Assembly (NCBI RefSeq): GCF_001194135.2
Contig: NC_068982.1
Span: forward strand, 61,032,546-61,096,545
DNA length: 64,000 nucleotides
Origin: Octopus bimaculoides
Lineage: Eukaryota
Direction: 5' to 3'
A model generated the notes under the pieces. The model saw only the letters and a program-made list of their open reading frames with translations. It was not told where the DNA came from and did not search any database. The translations under genes were made by a program, and so were the position numbers. The stretch's first letter is position 1. Each line of letters opens with the position of its first letter. Positions 1 through 12,815 of this stretch are shown one piece after another.

Positions 1-494
1 AACAATTTTTCCAAAATGTTTTAGTTTCCACTATATCTATCTAAGTCTCGTATTCTTTTTTATTTCATTTCAAGAGCCACCTTTGTCATGCACAATATAC
101 CTTAACCCTCACTGCATAATTAAACTTATTAGTGATGTAACATGCTAATCATTATACAAATAAGTTCCTGAGTTAACCCATTTTGATAGTGGGGTACTTT
201 CTGGAATTCTCTGCATTTCACATGATGTAATAATATAGCTCTGGTGAAAAGAAACATTTCAAAGTATTTCTGAGTAACATATGAATAATATTCTTGGAAG
301 TACTAATGTTCACCTCAAGAAATGAACCCTTGATAAAAACAGTTCAATTTTTAGTATCAGTCACCCAGTTCCTGTGTCTCAAGTGCGCATGCATGTAACC
401 AAATATGCTCAGATCCCACGCAGTAAGAGTTAATTCTCTAATGAGTTTTGTTTTTAATCCAAGCAGTCAGCTTACAAAATAAGTTACATATCTA

Positions 495-1354
495 CAAGGT
501 GGTATCAAAAAGTTCCTGGACTAGTTCTGTAGTGCACCAACAGATGGCAGCACATGGTCGCATGCACAGTGAGAGCTAGCAGTGACCTTCATGAGACAGT
601 GTACCAAGTGACATTGCTGTTTTCACTTCATAAGTTGTGTCATTTGTGTTTTTGTGATCATGTGTATGCTGTAGTCTGCAATTTTATCATGGACAGGAAC
701 AAAGAGCCAATGTAAAATTTTGTGTTAAACTTAGAAAGTCTGCTACAGAGACATTGAGCATGTTTTGGCAAGTGTACGGTGATGAGGCAATGGATTATAT
801 GCAATGTTTCGAGTGGCACAGGTGCTTCAAAAGCAGAAGAACATCTCTGGAAGACAACGAGTGATTTGGAAGACTTGCCATGAGCATCACCCCCAGAAAT
901 GTGGTATTGTGCAAGAGTATTCATCCCCCAGGGTCAGACCATCGATCGAGACTTTTACTAAAACATTTTGAAGCATTTGAGGGAGAATATTTGGTGAAAG
1001 CAATGCAGAGAATTAAATTCTTCCTCAAGCTCTCCTCACTCATGAGTCTCTCACCAAAAACAATGTGGTATCACTTCTGCACCCACCCTATTTGTCATTT
1101 TAGCACATGTGAATCTTTATCTCTTCCCCAAGATGAAAATACAACTCAAAGGTCACTGTTTTAACAGTTGGTGAGATCCAGACCAAATCGCAGAAAGTCC
1201 TCAACTTACTTACAGAAAACAACTTCCAGGCTGGATTCCAAAAGTGGCAGAAACACTGGGACTGGTGTATTACAATACAAGGTGATTATTTTGAAGGAGA
1301 TAAGTTATTCTTTATTCAGCATAACTAGTGCAGAAACTTTTTTATACCACCTCA
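495..1354 (+). mobile_element. Internally deleted mariner (Tc1/mariner) element with transposase remnants
   Basis: Left TIR caaggtggtatcaaaaagttcctggactagt follows TA at 493-494; right TIR actagtgcagaaacttttttataccacctca ends at 1354. Remnants read EQRANVKFCVKLRKSATETL...FEWHRCFK (N-terminal HTH) and FQKWQKHWDWCITIQGDYFEG (C-terminus). About 860 bp, shorter than a full ~1.3 kb element. Confidence 0.88.
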
Positions 1355-2005
1355 GGCTTAGCTTTTTTTTATAATGTATCTTAAACTCTTATTACTAGTA
1401 AACAATTTACCCTATTTGTAAGTTCATCAATTTCTTAATTATAAGACCTAAAACTTTGATAACATTTTCTCACAAAGGGCACTGGTAATAGTACCACATA
1501 AAAGCACCCAGTACACTGTAATGTGATTGGAAGGACAACCAGCTGTAGAAACCAAGCCAAAATAGATTATGGAACCTGGTGTGGCTCCTGGCCTTACCAG
1601 CTGCTGTGAAACAGTTCAACCCATGCTAGCATAGAAAATAGACATTAAATGAAATGATGATGAAGATTTCATTGATATAATGCAAAGCATAAATCCTCAT
1701 GATCGTGAAGCAAATTTCACAACCATACAGCTGTTTGCATCTCTTTACATCAGAAAGAGAAAAGCTTAGAATTTCATACTGAGTATAACTCATCAATCAT
1801 ATGTTGTTGTTAAGTAAGATGTACTTCTCTCTGGTTAGCTATTTAAAGCTAGTTATAATGGGTTATTGCCAGTCCAAGGGATATGACACAATCAGTCTAT
1901 CAGCTTGCAGGTTACAATACTGAAACATTTCAGACCTTGGACAAATTATACTCTTTATGTAATCTAAAATTTCATAATGCAATGCTGGAAAATGCATCTC
2001 ATCAT

Positions 2006-2237
2006 TTAACCTATTAGCGTTCACATTGTTCTGTCAAATGTAATGCTGAATAAATATTCAGCATTGTTTTGAATTAATCCTGCATTATCTTGTAACTTCA
2101 AGATTCCGATGACATAGCTGTTTATTTTTAGATGACCTTGTAGGATAAGTGTGAGAGGTTAGACCTGACGGGTTTGAACACAAAGCAGTTTGAATAATTT
2201 GGCTAGATATGGCCAGTTTAAGTGCTAAAGAGTTGAA
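2006..2237 (+). mobile_element. TTAA-flanked MITE (piggyBac-like termini), degenerate
   Basis: Ends ttaacctattagcgtt ... aagtgctaaagagttgaa are imperfect inverted repeats. Related internal sequence recurs at about 7113-7315 (+) and 47268-47465 (-). Confidence 0.5.
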
Positions 2238-2289
2238 GGTTGTAAGAGACTTTTATCAACTTGTCCATAGCAATATTAAAACCACTCCA

Positions 2290-2505
2290 TAAGGCAACAA
2301 GCTGGCAGAATCATTAGTGCAACAGACAAAATGCTTAGTGGCATATTGTCTACATTATGTTCTGAGTTCAAATTCCACCAAGGTCGACTTTGCTTTTCAT
2401 CCTCTCAGGGTCGATAAAATAAGTACCAGTTGAGTACAAAGGTCAATGTAAGTGACTTACCCAACACCCTCGAAACTGCTGGCTTTGTGCCAAAATTTGA
2501 AATCA
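2290..2505 (+). mobile_element. tRNA-derived SINE, family C (aaggc..gagctggcagaatc...gagttcaaattcc...aaaatttgaaa)
   Basis: B-box-like gagttcaaattcc and a shared body. Further copies at about 3830-4060, 10205-10395, 27466-27655, 27674-27892, 44240-44437, 44985-45270, 45500-45645, 45800-46005 (+) and 30015-30112, 30783-30997, 42172-42385 (-). Boundaries approximate. Confidence 0.8.
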
Positions 2506-4244
2506 GTATTAAAACCACTCCTCTCTTCTATGTTATTACTAATGTTAAGCATATTTCTTAAGAACACAGCAGACTTGTGATAAAATGGCTTATTCTGTAT
2601 CTGTTCCACACTCCAGTTCAGTATAGTTCATACTGAAGTATAATTATAAGACATGATTAATATAATTGAATATCACTGTATTAATATAGAATATTGAATT
2701 AATTGATAATGTACTTTGATAATTCCAAGTAGAATATTCATTTCATTTGTTAGTCCCAAGAGTTATCAAAGCACTTGGTTTCATGAAGTCCTCCTGAACT
2801 GATGGTCAGTTTAGATGACATGGGAGATGCCGAGAAAAAGCATTGGTGGAGAAAGATGTACCTGACCAACATACTGAAGATAGGCAAATGATGCTATAAA
2901 GAGAGCATATGCTGCCACTGGTTTTAACTTCATAATAATGCTACAGGAATTTCCGAGACCGACTTTGCTTTTCATCCTTTTGGGGCCGATAAATTAAGTA
3001 CCAGTTGTGTACTGGGGTTGATCAAATCATCTGGGCCCCTCCCCTCAGAATTTCAGGCCTTGTACCTAGAGCAGAAAAGAATAATGCTACTGGAATTGAA
3101 AGCAGTAGATAAAGTTTCCTAGGAAGTTCTTATAGTTACTGTTTATCCCTAACAAAAGCATTCCAGCCATAAGTCTTCAGTATTTTTTCAAGCATTGGCT
3201 GATAATGATGTGAGTCTAGCACTAAATTGTCCAGAGTCCTTCCAATTCTTAAAAGAGTAGAATGTGTTTTCAATTAGATTTAACTGCTATTTCAAAAATA
3301 AAGAGCAGCCATGTAGATATTCTTTTGTTGGTATGAGTCTGGTGAAACTTATCAAAATATAGTCAAGCTTCATGTGAGTAGATTTGGTCTATGGTGGATG
3401 AACAAGTCCATTTTCATAGTGTACCTTTGGGCTCTTTGAAGCAACTTGCTCAGCATGTGAGCTTTATTTTTATTGCTGTTAGAAGGAGAGGTAGTAGCCA
3501 TAACACTTTCCAAAGACTCCAAGAGGAGTGGTGGGAGGGCAAGAGGATGGTATCATCAAACCAAAAACCTGATCCAAATGCTTGTAACAGTGTGGAGCCC
3601 TTCACTATATGACAAATTGGCACTATTAAACACAGCAATAGAGTAAGTCTACCACCCAAGTAGGTCACAGCAGGATTTGATCTCAGAATGGAAAGAGCCA
3701 GAACAAATTCCACAGGGCATCATATGTGATAATCTAAAACTTCTGCCAGTTCATTGCTCTAGATTAGTACTTTATTTTATTGATCTTAAAAAGATGAAAG
3801 TCAATCAAAATAATTATGGTGTTTGATAAGTAAGGCAGTAAGCTGATAGAATCATTATCACACTGGATAAAATGCTTAGTGGCATTTCGTCCCTCTTTAC
3901 TTTCTGAGTTTTAAATTCTGCCAACTTTGCTTTCCATCCTTTCAGGGTCAATTTTGCTTTCCATCCTTTCAGGGTCAATAGAAAAATTCCAGTTGGCACT
4001 GGGGGGTCGACATGATCAACTTACCCAAATTGCTGGTCTTGTGCCAAAATTTGAAACCAAAAAGTAAACTTCTAAAGATTTGTGTTATGAGAAGCTCTAA
4101 ATAAGATAATGTGATTCTGATGAGAAGCATCTGATATTAGAGTTATTCTCTTTTACCAGGTTTCAGAATTTCCTTTACTGAATATATAGGAAATCTTTGC
4201 AAATGGGAGAGTGGGGTGTATAGATTAACAAGTGTGTTTATTTA

Positions 4245-4570
4245 GATGATGCTTAGCAGTTAGAATGTTGGGCTCACAATCACAAGATAGTGAGTTCGAT
4301 TCCTGTACTAGGCTGTGTGTTGTGTTCTTGAGCAAGACACTTCATTTCATGTTGCTCCAGTTCACTCAGCTGTAGAAATGAGTTGTGACATCACTGGTGC
4401 CAAGCTGTATCGACTTTTGCTTTTTATCCTGGATAACATCAGTGGTGTGGAGGCGAGTATGCATGAGCAACTGCTGGTCCACCATAAACAATCTTGCCCA
4501 GACTTGTACATCAGAAGGTAACTTTCTAGGTATAATCCCATGGTCATTCATAATCAAAGAGGGTCTTTCT
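4245..4570 (+). mobile_element. tRNA-derived SINE with CORE-like central domain, family B
   Basis: tRNA-like head (cttagcagttag...gagttcgattcc) followed by ttcttgagcaagacactt...ccagttcactcagctg. Near-full copy at about 32458-32790. Copies sharing head and core at about 11562-11710, 16175-16432 (-), 29059-29285, 29293-29505, 43895-44135, 61875-62190, 62525-62670. Confidence 0.8.
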
Positions 4571-4649
4571 TTTTTCTTACAACTTGAACGAGAGAGCAAG
4601 AAGAAACTGAGAATAGTATTACCAGAGATAAGATATTTGTAATTGAAAG

Positions 4650-4997
4650 GCATTAAACTAACCAAGTACTAACAAAAGACAAAACAGTTTTTCTGATCCC
4701 CAACACCTGGCTTAAAGTCACCTCTTCCCCATCGCACCTCTTGAATACCTCCACATACACACTTGGCCGAGGAGGCCTTTTTCCTTTTACCTTTTCTTGC
4801 AAGTTACTGGACAACCTCACTAGTGCCAGTGGCATGCAAGGAATCACTCAGTACACACTGTAAAGGGGTTGGCATTAGGAAGGGCATCCAGACATAGAAG
4901 CCATGCCAAGTTGACAATGGAGTACGACACAGCCTAGTGGCTTGCAAGATCCTGTCAAACTATCCAGCCCATGCCAACATCGAAAAGACAGACGTTA

Positions 4998-5047
<50 letters not shown>

Positions 5048-5077
5048 GAAGGAGGAGGAGGAGGAGGAGGAGGAGGA
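4650..5077 (+). mobile_element. 3' end/UTR of an RTE-type LINE (or RTE-tailed SINE) ending in (GAT)n, then (GAG)n
   Basis: Shared tail ggttggcattaggaagggcatccag...cccatgccagcatgg...gttaaatgatgatgat. Other copies at about 1500-1665, 12099-12350, 44440-44985, 47480-47750, 59960-60335 (+) and 10610-11085, 20815-21420, 45045-45180, 50430-50830 (-). The same tail directly follows RTE ORF2 remnants at 31750-32240. Confidence 0.75.
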
Positions 5078-5119
5078 GATACGGAATAGTTTAAAATATG
5101 ATACACTTTAAAATGGTCT

Positions 5120-5330
5120 GTTGTTGTTGTTTAACCCAGATTAGCCCTGATTAAGTAGTTTCATCGCCAGAAGCATTCCAACTATGACCCTCTCATCCTT
5201 TACTTTTCTATATCAAGGAATACATTGTACAATATTTCCCTCCATTTTCAAGAGAACAGGGTGTAATTTCAGAGAATTTTGGCAACTGTTTCTAGCAGTT
5301 TGAGCAACTGCATAAAGGCTCTGCATTTGG
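5120..5330 (+). repeat. Unclassified interspersed repeat
   Basis: Motifs ttgttgtttaaccc...gccctga...agcattccagctatgacc...gctatttctagcag recur at about 3130-3320, 15560-15700, 35680-35900, 48450-48640 (+) and 6700-6950, 15245-15440, 19110-19320 (-). Old and degenerate. Confidence 0.55.
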
Positions 5331-5883
5331 TTCAATTTCTCATGGCTTTTACAGTAACGTGTGAGACAGATTGATGAATCAGTGTGGGAATCAGATAAAA
5401 CAGGGTCACCACCAATAGAGTTTCAGATAATCTTTGGTTCAGAGTCAAGAGATTTGTACAAAGTAAATGTTGGTAATGTGGAGTTAAGATCTTTGAAAGC
5501 CAATAACTGAGGAGATAACATGGGTGGTTCCAAGAGATGCTGAGTAGATCATGATGAATGAGAGAGAGAGAGAGAGAGAGACTGAATGGAACATCGAAAT
5601 ACACCTGAGTTGATTAGATGAGCATTCCAGACTGGGTGGCTACCTTCAAGGTAGCTTTTGATGACTTTACTAAAAAGGTCCAATGGTGGGGACAGGGGAA
5701 GACTGATAATGGTTTTTTTTGACCAAATTTGCAATGATTATAGCAAAGCATATTAACCAGAGAAGGTTGTTATACAGTTTTGAGCTACACATGTTACGTC
5801 AGCATGGAACAAGTGTAAAAACTGGCAGTGATGATAAAATATAATACTTTATTACTATAGTAACAAATACAGTTGTCATCTTC

Positions 5884-5930
<47 letters not shown>

Positions 5931-7315
5931 TATATAGCACTCCTCCAGACAGGCACATATCCATAAATTCTTTCTATTTGATTAGTTTATCAATATATTA
6001 ACAGATCTGATTGATAATCAATTTGTTATCTTGTTGGCCTTTATTTCAAGTATGCCTGTTCCTCTCACCCAAAATTAAACTTTGGTAATCTTTAGTTGTT
6101 TGGTATTTTTCCAATATTTTTATTGTATTGTATTGACAATTTTCTATATCAGATGACCTATCTGCAAGCAAAATATTAGAACTACAAATATTACACATCC
6201 TGCTAGTTCGATTTCATTTTGAAAAGCACTTTTGTTGTTGCCTTTGTTCTTTTTTTTGTTTCTTTTCTGGTATCCCAGCTTTGAGATACATGAGAAGCAT
6301 CTGGATCAATACAGCAATAGCTGTGGTTACAGAAACTGTGCTCGACTGTTTGATTTTAACTTTAATAATCTTCATCCTACAATAAAGTACTAAAAATGTC
6401 AAAATCATGCTCCACCACCACCACCACCACCACCACCACCACCCACAGTAAAACTTAAAACATTCAAAGGCTTTTGTAAAATGGAATTGTCCAGGACTTT
6501 GTTTACAGAATAAAAAGCCAAACTGTATCACAATGGATATCTTCAGTTCTTGGTCCATTGTCAAGTTGTGGATTCTCAGATTCTCATTTGACATTGCTAT
6601 AATGACCTCTATTTCAATGAAATTGCTTATTTTAACCACATTACAATTTTTCTCCCATTTTTCTTCTATTCCTTTTGTCCATTCTCCTTGTCTTTGAGAA
6701 ATAAGTAACCAGATATGATTATGGAACAAGTTCTCTCGAACCCAGTTCCATAAGTGTTTCCTTCCAAGGATGCACTTATGTGGTTGCTTGACTAGCAAGG
6801 AATAGCAGCCAAATCTCTCTCAAATCACACCTTACAGCCTAAAAGAAGGATACGATAATTAGACAATATATCCCTGTAATCTCTTAAATGACAGAATGGT
6901 CATGGTCAGAGTGCTCTGAACTGACTTGGAGCTAAATATCAATGATTTTAGTGAAAACCTTCAATCTCTATCCTGTTTCTGCCCTTTACACCTTACTGCA
7001 CCTATTTTTCTTTCACTTAGTCTATTTCCTCAAAAGTTCAAAGTAAGCATGCAGCACACCTCTCTCATGTGTCTTACAGAACTCACTTCCCTTCAAATGA
7101 AGCAAAATTACTTTAACCATATAGCATTTAAATTTTTCTCTCATATGTAATGTTTCTTCATTCATATTGTTTTCAATTAATCATGCATTATCTTGTAGAT
7201 TCTAGATTTTGAAGATGTGATTGTTTGTTTTTAAAATAACATTGTAAGGTAGGTATGGGAAGCTAGACCTGGACAGTTTCAACATAAAACAAGGTAGAAT
7301 ATTTGGGCTAGGTAT

Positions 7316-7730
7316 TACTTGTTTCAGTCATTAGACTGCTGCCATGCTGGGGCACCATCCTTAAGAATTTTTAGTCAAATGTACTGACCCCAGGACTTAT
7401 ATTTTAAAGTCTGTTACTTATTTTATCAGTTTCTTTTGCCAAAACTACTAAGTTACAGAAACGTAAACACACCAGTACTAGTTGTCAAGTAATAGTAGGG
7501 GGAACAAACACACACACAAACACACACACACACACATATATATATACATAGACATATATATGACAGGCTTCTATCAGTTTCCATCTACCAAATCCATTCA
7601 CAAGGCATTGGTTGGCCTGAGGCTAGAGTAGAAGGTACTTGCTCAAGATGCCACACACACACACAGTGGGACTGAACCCAAAGTCATGTGGTTGGGAAGC
7701 AAGTTTCTTACCACACAGCCACGCCTGCAT
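7316..7730 (-). mobile_element. tRNA-derived SINE family A with central (CA)/(TA) microsatellite
   Basis: Same head/microsatellite/tail layout as the young copy at 50961-51371. More copies at about 11135-11450, 21950-22330, 28770-28935, 61040-61340 (-). Confidence 0.85.
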
Positions 7731-7886
7731 AACCTTTCCTGTAACTAAAACAATGCCCTTCATACTATAGTTTTCTGTTTTGAAGATAATCTTTGCTAGT
7801 GTTCAAATATACAATGTTGGAAATTGAAACATGAATCATAAATGCTTATTGAAAACAGTCTTGTAATAAGCTTACAGAATTCAGAT

Positions 7887-8212
7887 CAGTAGTTCTCAAC
7901 CATATTTCATCTATGGACCCCTTTGATTACTATTCTATTCAGGTGACCTCCAGAACCATTCAATGTTTAAAAACTAGTTTTACAAATGCTCCTTTTTTGT
8001 TTTTCTTAATTGACTTGTGTAGGTTGGACAATGTAAAATGTTAGAGAAAGAAATCTTGCTGTTTCTAGCAATAAATACATCGAAAGCAAAATTTTTTCCC
8101 GGCCCTTAATATACTACTGTGGGTCCCCTATTTACTATTTTGTTCACATGGACCCCTTTAAAATCTTATATGGACCAACAGGGATCATATAAACCCCAGT
8201 TGAGAACCACTG
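7887..8212 (+). mobile_element. hAT-Charlie-type MITE
   Basis: TIRs cagtagttctcaac / gttgagaaccactg. Flanking 8-mers attcagat / atatagat match 6/8 and resemble the Charlie NTCTAGAN target. Confidence 0.8.
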
Positions 8213-9403
8213 ATATAGATAAATAATTTCACTTCAGGCATTACTGGTGAAAATCTTATTCGTGTTCTTAACTATCTTTAATAGTTTAAACTGCTTTATA
8301 TGCCCATACATAAACAGCTTTTCCTTTCTGTACTTGAATATTTTCATAAGAAGTCTGAAGGTTTGCTCATTATGGAGTATCATTACTAATTCATTCATTT
8401 AGTAATTACACAAATATTATTTCAAACAATAATCTTTTCTGCATTGATCAGATGTCTGTGTGATGATCTGCAAATGGATTCCTTTATAAAAAGAAATAAA
8501 AAGTATTTTGTCTTTTTGAGAAAGAATAAAGTAGCACTGAACACATAAGATTTTTTTGATTTGTTATTTTTAGACAGAGAGGACTGTTGAGTATATTTCA
8601 AGGTAAAATTATGACACTTGCACAGAACAAAAAATAAAATAGTGACAGATATGGTGACTGGGAAAACTAATGTGAAAATAAGTATTGCCAAATTAACTGG
8701 ATGTGATGACATTAAATTGACTAGATATAACATCATTACTTTTAAAAAGGAAAACTTTTTCCAAAGAATTCTCATCATGGCATACAGTTATCAGTAAAAG
8801 CAGAAGTGAAGAGATATAAAACAAGTAAAATAAATCCTTTTAACATTACTAACTAACTGAAAAAAAAAAATGAAAGATAAAAGTACTTTTCAAATATTTA
8901 ACTTAAATTTTGTTGAGATTACCAAAAACTAGGATATAAAAAGAAGTAAATAAAGAACAATTATTGTATTGTGAAGAAAGACACACACATCAGACATATT
9001 TAAGATGACAAGCACTTCATAATCAATACTTTGAGACAATTCAAATACCCTTGAATTTAGATGGAAGACTTTTCATTTGTTGACAGGTAATTCAACTAAA
9101 AATAGTCATTAAGAATACCTGAATCCATCGCTGTCATTTGAAGCGTGGAAAATAGTCCTGCAATGAATACATTTCCTGTTAGATTTCAGAAAAGAAGTTG
9201 CTTTTATTAATGTTGTCAGTTCCTACAGATAGTTTGACACTTGCTGAAAGTTTGTCTTGACACTTTTGAGAAACAGCTTGACATAAATTTAAAACTCAAG
9301 ATTGTAAAGTGTTTGTGCACAAGAATGAATGTGCTGCATGCATGTACATCAGTAAGGTTTTAATATATGTCAGATGTAATAAATATCAAGAAAAATGAGA
9401 TTC

Positions 9404-9451
<48 letters not shown>

Positions 9452-9850
9452 ATATATAAAAAAGACATTAGAAGAAATAATTTACAATCAAATGGTAAAC
9501 AGTGTTTTATAATTTAGATGAAACATAAATGTATACAGTAAGGTCTAAAACAGGTAGAATATATGACAGGATGTAATCAATATTTTGATAAATATTTTCT
9601 CAAAAAGAATAAATAAATAACAATAATAATAATAATAATGAATGTTAGAAATTTTTTAAATCTCTAATTCTTCAATATTCAAATTCACATTCTCATAGAA
9701 ATTTAAGAATGAGAATATTCTAAATTTCTTTCTCTACTTTGGAAACAATTTTCATTTTCTTTGAAAAAATTTTGTCCTGAATTTGTTGGAAGGAGAATTC
9801 TATTGACTATATCGTCTTAATATGTATATATATTTATATATATATATATA

Positions 9851-9947
9851 AATAAAAAAATAAAAAAGGGGTTTGTATGATAGTGTATAGAAGAATATAT
9901 TATTTAAAAGAGTTCCAACTCTGTCTGACAGAGTCTGAACTCTTTTA

Positions 9948-9986
<39 letters not shown>

Positions 9987-10102
9987 AAAATAAAAAAGGG
10001 GTTTGTATGATAGTGTATAGAAGAATATATTATTTAAAAGAGTTCCAACTCTGTCTGACAGAGTCTGAACTCTTTTAAATAATATATATATATATATATA
10101 TA
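9851..10102. repeat. 130-bp tandem duplication, each unit carrying a 63-bp near-perfect palindrome
   Basis: Units start at 9851 and 9981. Hairpin atatattatttaaaagagttc-ca-actctgtc-t-gacagagt-ct-gaactcttttaaataatatat at 9895-9957 and 10025-10087. Units are separated by (TA)n. Confidence 0.9.
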
Positions 10103-12033
10103 TTTAAAGGGGATGAAGTTTGAGGAGATTTTATTACTCACTCAACCTCCTACACATCAAGTAATTTACTCCTAAATTATTATCACCTTTAATATTAAGG
10201 TCACATACAAGGCAGCAACATGACAGTATTGTTAGCATGCTGGGCAGAATGCTTAGCAACATTTTGTCCATCTTTACATTCTGAGTTCAAATTCCACTGA
10301 GACTGACTTTCATGCTTACAGAGTCAATAAAATAAGTAACAGTTGATCGTTGGGATTGATGTAATCAATTTACCCCCTCCTCTGGCTTTGTGCCACATGT
10401 TAGTCATATGCTAGTCCAGAGATCTATTATCAAGAAATAAATAAGGTAGTACAAAACCCAGAATTCTAGATTTTTAAATTGGAACAATGGCAGTGTAGTT
10501 GTTTTACTAACAAGAACCAGAGTATAGAATTGAAGAGCGGCTTTGAGGGATATCATTCTGAATATGAACCCTACCATGTTGATTTATCACTGTTTCATCT
10601 GCTTTATTTACATATTTCATCATCATCATCATTTAATGTCCGTTTTCCATGCTGGCATGGTTTGGGCAGTTTGACAGGGGACTGAGAAGCCAGGAGGCTG
10701 CACCTGGCATCAATCTGATCTGGCAGTGTTTCTACAGCTGGCTGCCCTTCCTAACACCAACCACTCCGAGAGTGTAGTGGGTGCTTTTTACGTGCCACCG
10801 ACAAAGGGGCCGGAGGAGCTGGCATCAACCACAATCGGATAGTGCTTTTTACGTGCCACCAGCAAGGAAGCCAGTCAAAACAGCACAGGCATCGACCACA
10901 TTCGAATGGTGCTTTTTACATGCTACCGGCACGGGGGGTCACAACTACAATTTCTATTTGATTTGATTTTGATATTTATGTTGATGTACTTGACTCAATA
11001 GGTCTTCTCAAGCATGGCATGACACCCTACGATCCAAGGTACTCTTGAGTGGGCTGGTTATGCGACACTGGTGTAGGTTACAGCTGTGAACTCACTTTAT
11101 TTGCCGATAATTTATCATTTCATCTATTTTATTTATTATCTTTTATCATTGAACAAAACAACTCCAGTACTTATGTTTTTAAAAGTCTGATGACTTTTGC
11201 TGAACTTTCAAGTTACGGAGATGTAAACAAACCAACAATGGTTGTCAAGCAGTGGTGGAAGGACAAATACAAACACACACACACACACACACAGAACAGA
11301 TTTTCACACAGTTTCTGTCAAATTCATTTTCAAGGCATTGATCAGTCAAAAGTTATTGTCAAAGACACTTGTCCAAGGTGTCATGCAGTGAAACTGAACC
11401 CAAAACCACATGGTTGCAAAGGAGGCTTTTTAACGATACAGCCATGCCCACATCTCAATTAGTATTTGATTTATTTTTGTTTTATCTTTTATATTTACTT
11501 TCTATGATAATAGGGTGGTAAGTTTTTTTTGTTTGTGTAACTGTTTTTCTATGTCCTAACTGTGGAGGTACATAGCTTAGTGGTTAAGGTGTTGGATTCA
11601 CAACCATAAGATTGTGGTTTCGATCCCTGGACCAGGCAATCTGTTGTGTACTTGCTGTACACTTCATTTCATATTGCTCCATTCTACTCAGCTGGCAAAA
11701 ATGAGTTTAGCCTGGAGAGGGGTGGGCTCCACCAGGCTTTCTTGCCCTAGACACTGCATGGCTGCAGTGCCCTAACAATCCCTAAGGGGTTAAGAGACTT
11801 GCCAATTGTCAATGTATGTCCTAACTACAACTAACCTATGTAATGAGAGTGTACCCTCTTTTTTCCAAGTCAGCAAGTCAAATAAAAAAAATATAAAACC
11901 TTTAGTCAGACACACTGTACACTGACTTTTGTCAGACAAACTAGAGAAAAAAATCTTATTACATTTAGATTGATAAAATAATAATCATAGGTCTTATAAG
12001 TGAAAATTGGCTTTTTATAATTTATGAATAACA

Positions 12034-12605
12034 ACAGGCACAGGTGTGGTTGTGTGATAAGAAGCTTGCTTCCCAACCATATGGCTCCAGGTTCAGTGTG
12101 GTACGTAAAATACACCATTTTGAGCGTGGCCATTGCCAGTACCACCTGACTGGCCCTCGTGCCGGTGGCACGTAAAAGCACCCACTACACTCTCAGAGTG
12201 GTTGGCATTAGGAAGGGCATCTAGCTGTAGAAACTCTGCCAAATCAGATTGGAGCCTGGTGCAGCCATCCAGTTCGCCAGTCCTCAGTCAAATCGTCCAA
12301 CCTATGCTAGCATGGAAGGCGGACGTTAAACGATGATGATGATGATGATGATATATATATATATTTGTGTGTGTATACCTTTGTGTCTGTGTTTGTCCCC
12401 ACCATCAGCGCTTGACAGCTCGGCAATTGGTGTTGGTATGTTTACATTCCTGTAACTTAGCAGTTCAGCAAAAGAAACTGATAGAATAAGTACTAAGCTC
12501 AGAAACTTAAGTCCTGGGTTCAATTTGTTCAGCTAAAACCCTTCAAGGTGGTGCTCCAGCATAGTCACAGTTAAATGACTAAAGCAAGTAAAAGAATAAA
12601 AGAAA
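12034..12605 (+). mobile_element. Family A SINE interrupted by an RTE-tail insertion (chimeric)
   Basis: SINE head about 12034-12098, RTE-type tail with (GAT)n about 12099-12350, SINE 3' half about 12365-12605 ending gcaagtaaaagaataaaaga. Confidence 0.7.
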
Positions 12606-12635
12606 ACAATATATGTCTAACAATTTTTTTTTTAC

Positions 12636-12641
12636 TTTATT
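12636..12641 (-). promoter_or_regulatory. Candidate polyadenylation signal (AATAAA) for MRPS16
   Basis: tttatt on the + strand, about 47 nt downstream of the minus-strand stop at 12688-12690. No transcript evidence. Confidence 0.4.
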
Positions 12642-12687
12642 TCATGAAAATTCTTGCACAAAAAAAGATAAAAAATGATTGTGGAAA

Positions 12688-12815
12688 TCATGAGGAAGGT
12701 TCAGATTCTGCAGAGTCTTTGGTGGCATTCTTTTCTGCTTCTTCTTGCTCCTTTTTCCGTCGGGATGCAGCTGATATCACAGATCTTGGATGTATTGGTA
12801 AAAAACCACTCAAGC
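12688..12815 (-). CDS. MRPS16: Terminal coding exon of mitochondrial ribosomal protein S16 (partial gene)
   Basis: Acceptor tttactttgacattttatttcctcttag|GC, phase 1. Reads (G)LSGFLPIHPRSVISAASRRKKEQEEAEKNATKDSAESEPSS*. This matches the metazoan MRPS16 C-terminal motif LLGLxG(F/L)(F/L)P(L/I)HP followed by a basic then acidic tail (recognised from memory, not searched). Confidence 0.78.

Noticed and set aside
537-553. CTCF-like motif ccaacagatggcagcac
   Set aside because: Lies in the mariner 5' region, where AGATGGC-type motifs are common; no evidence of binding.
6214-6798. 194-aa minus-strand ORF
   Set aside because: Starts in an interspersed repeat, crosses a (CCA)n tract and shows no recognisable domain.
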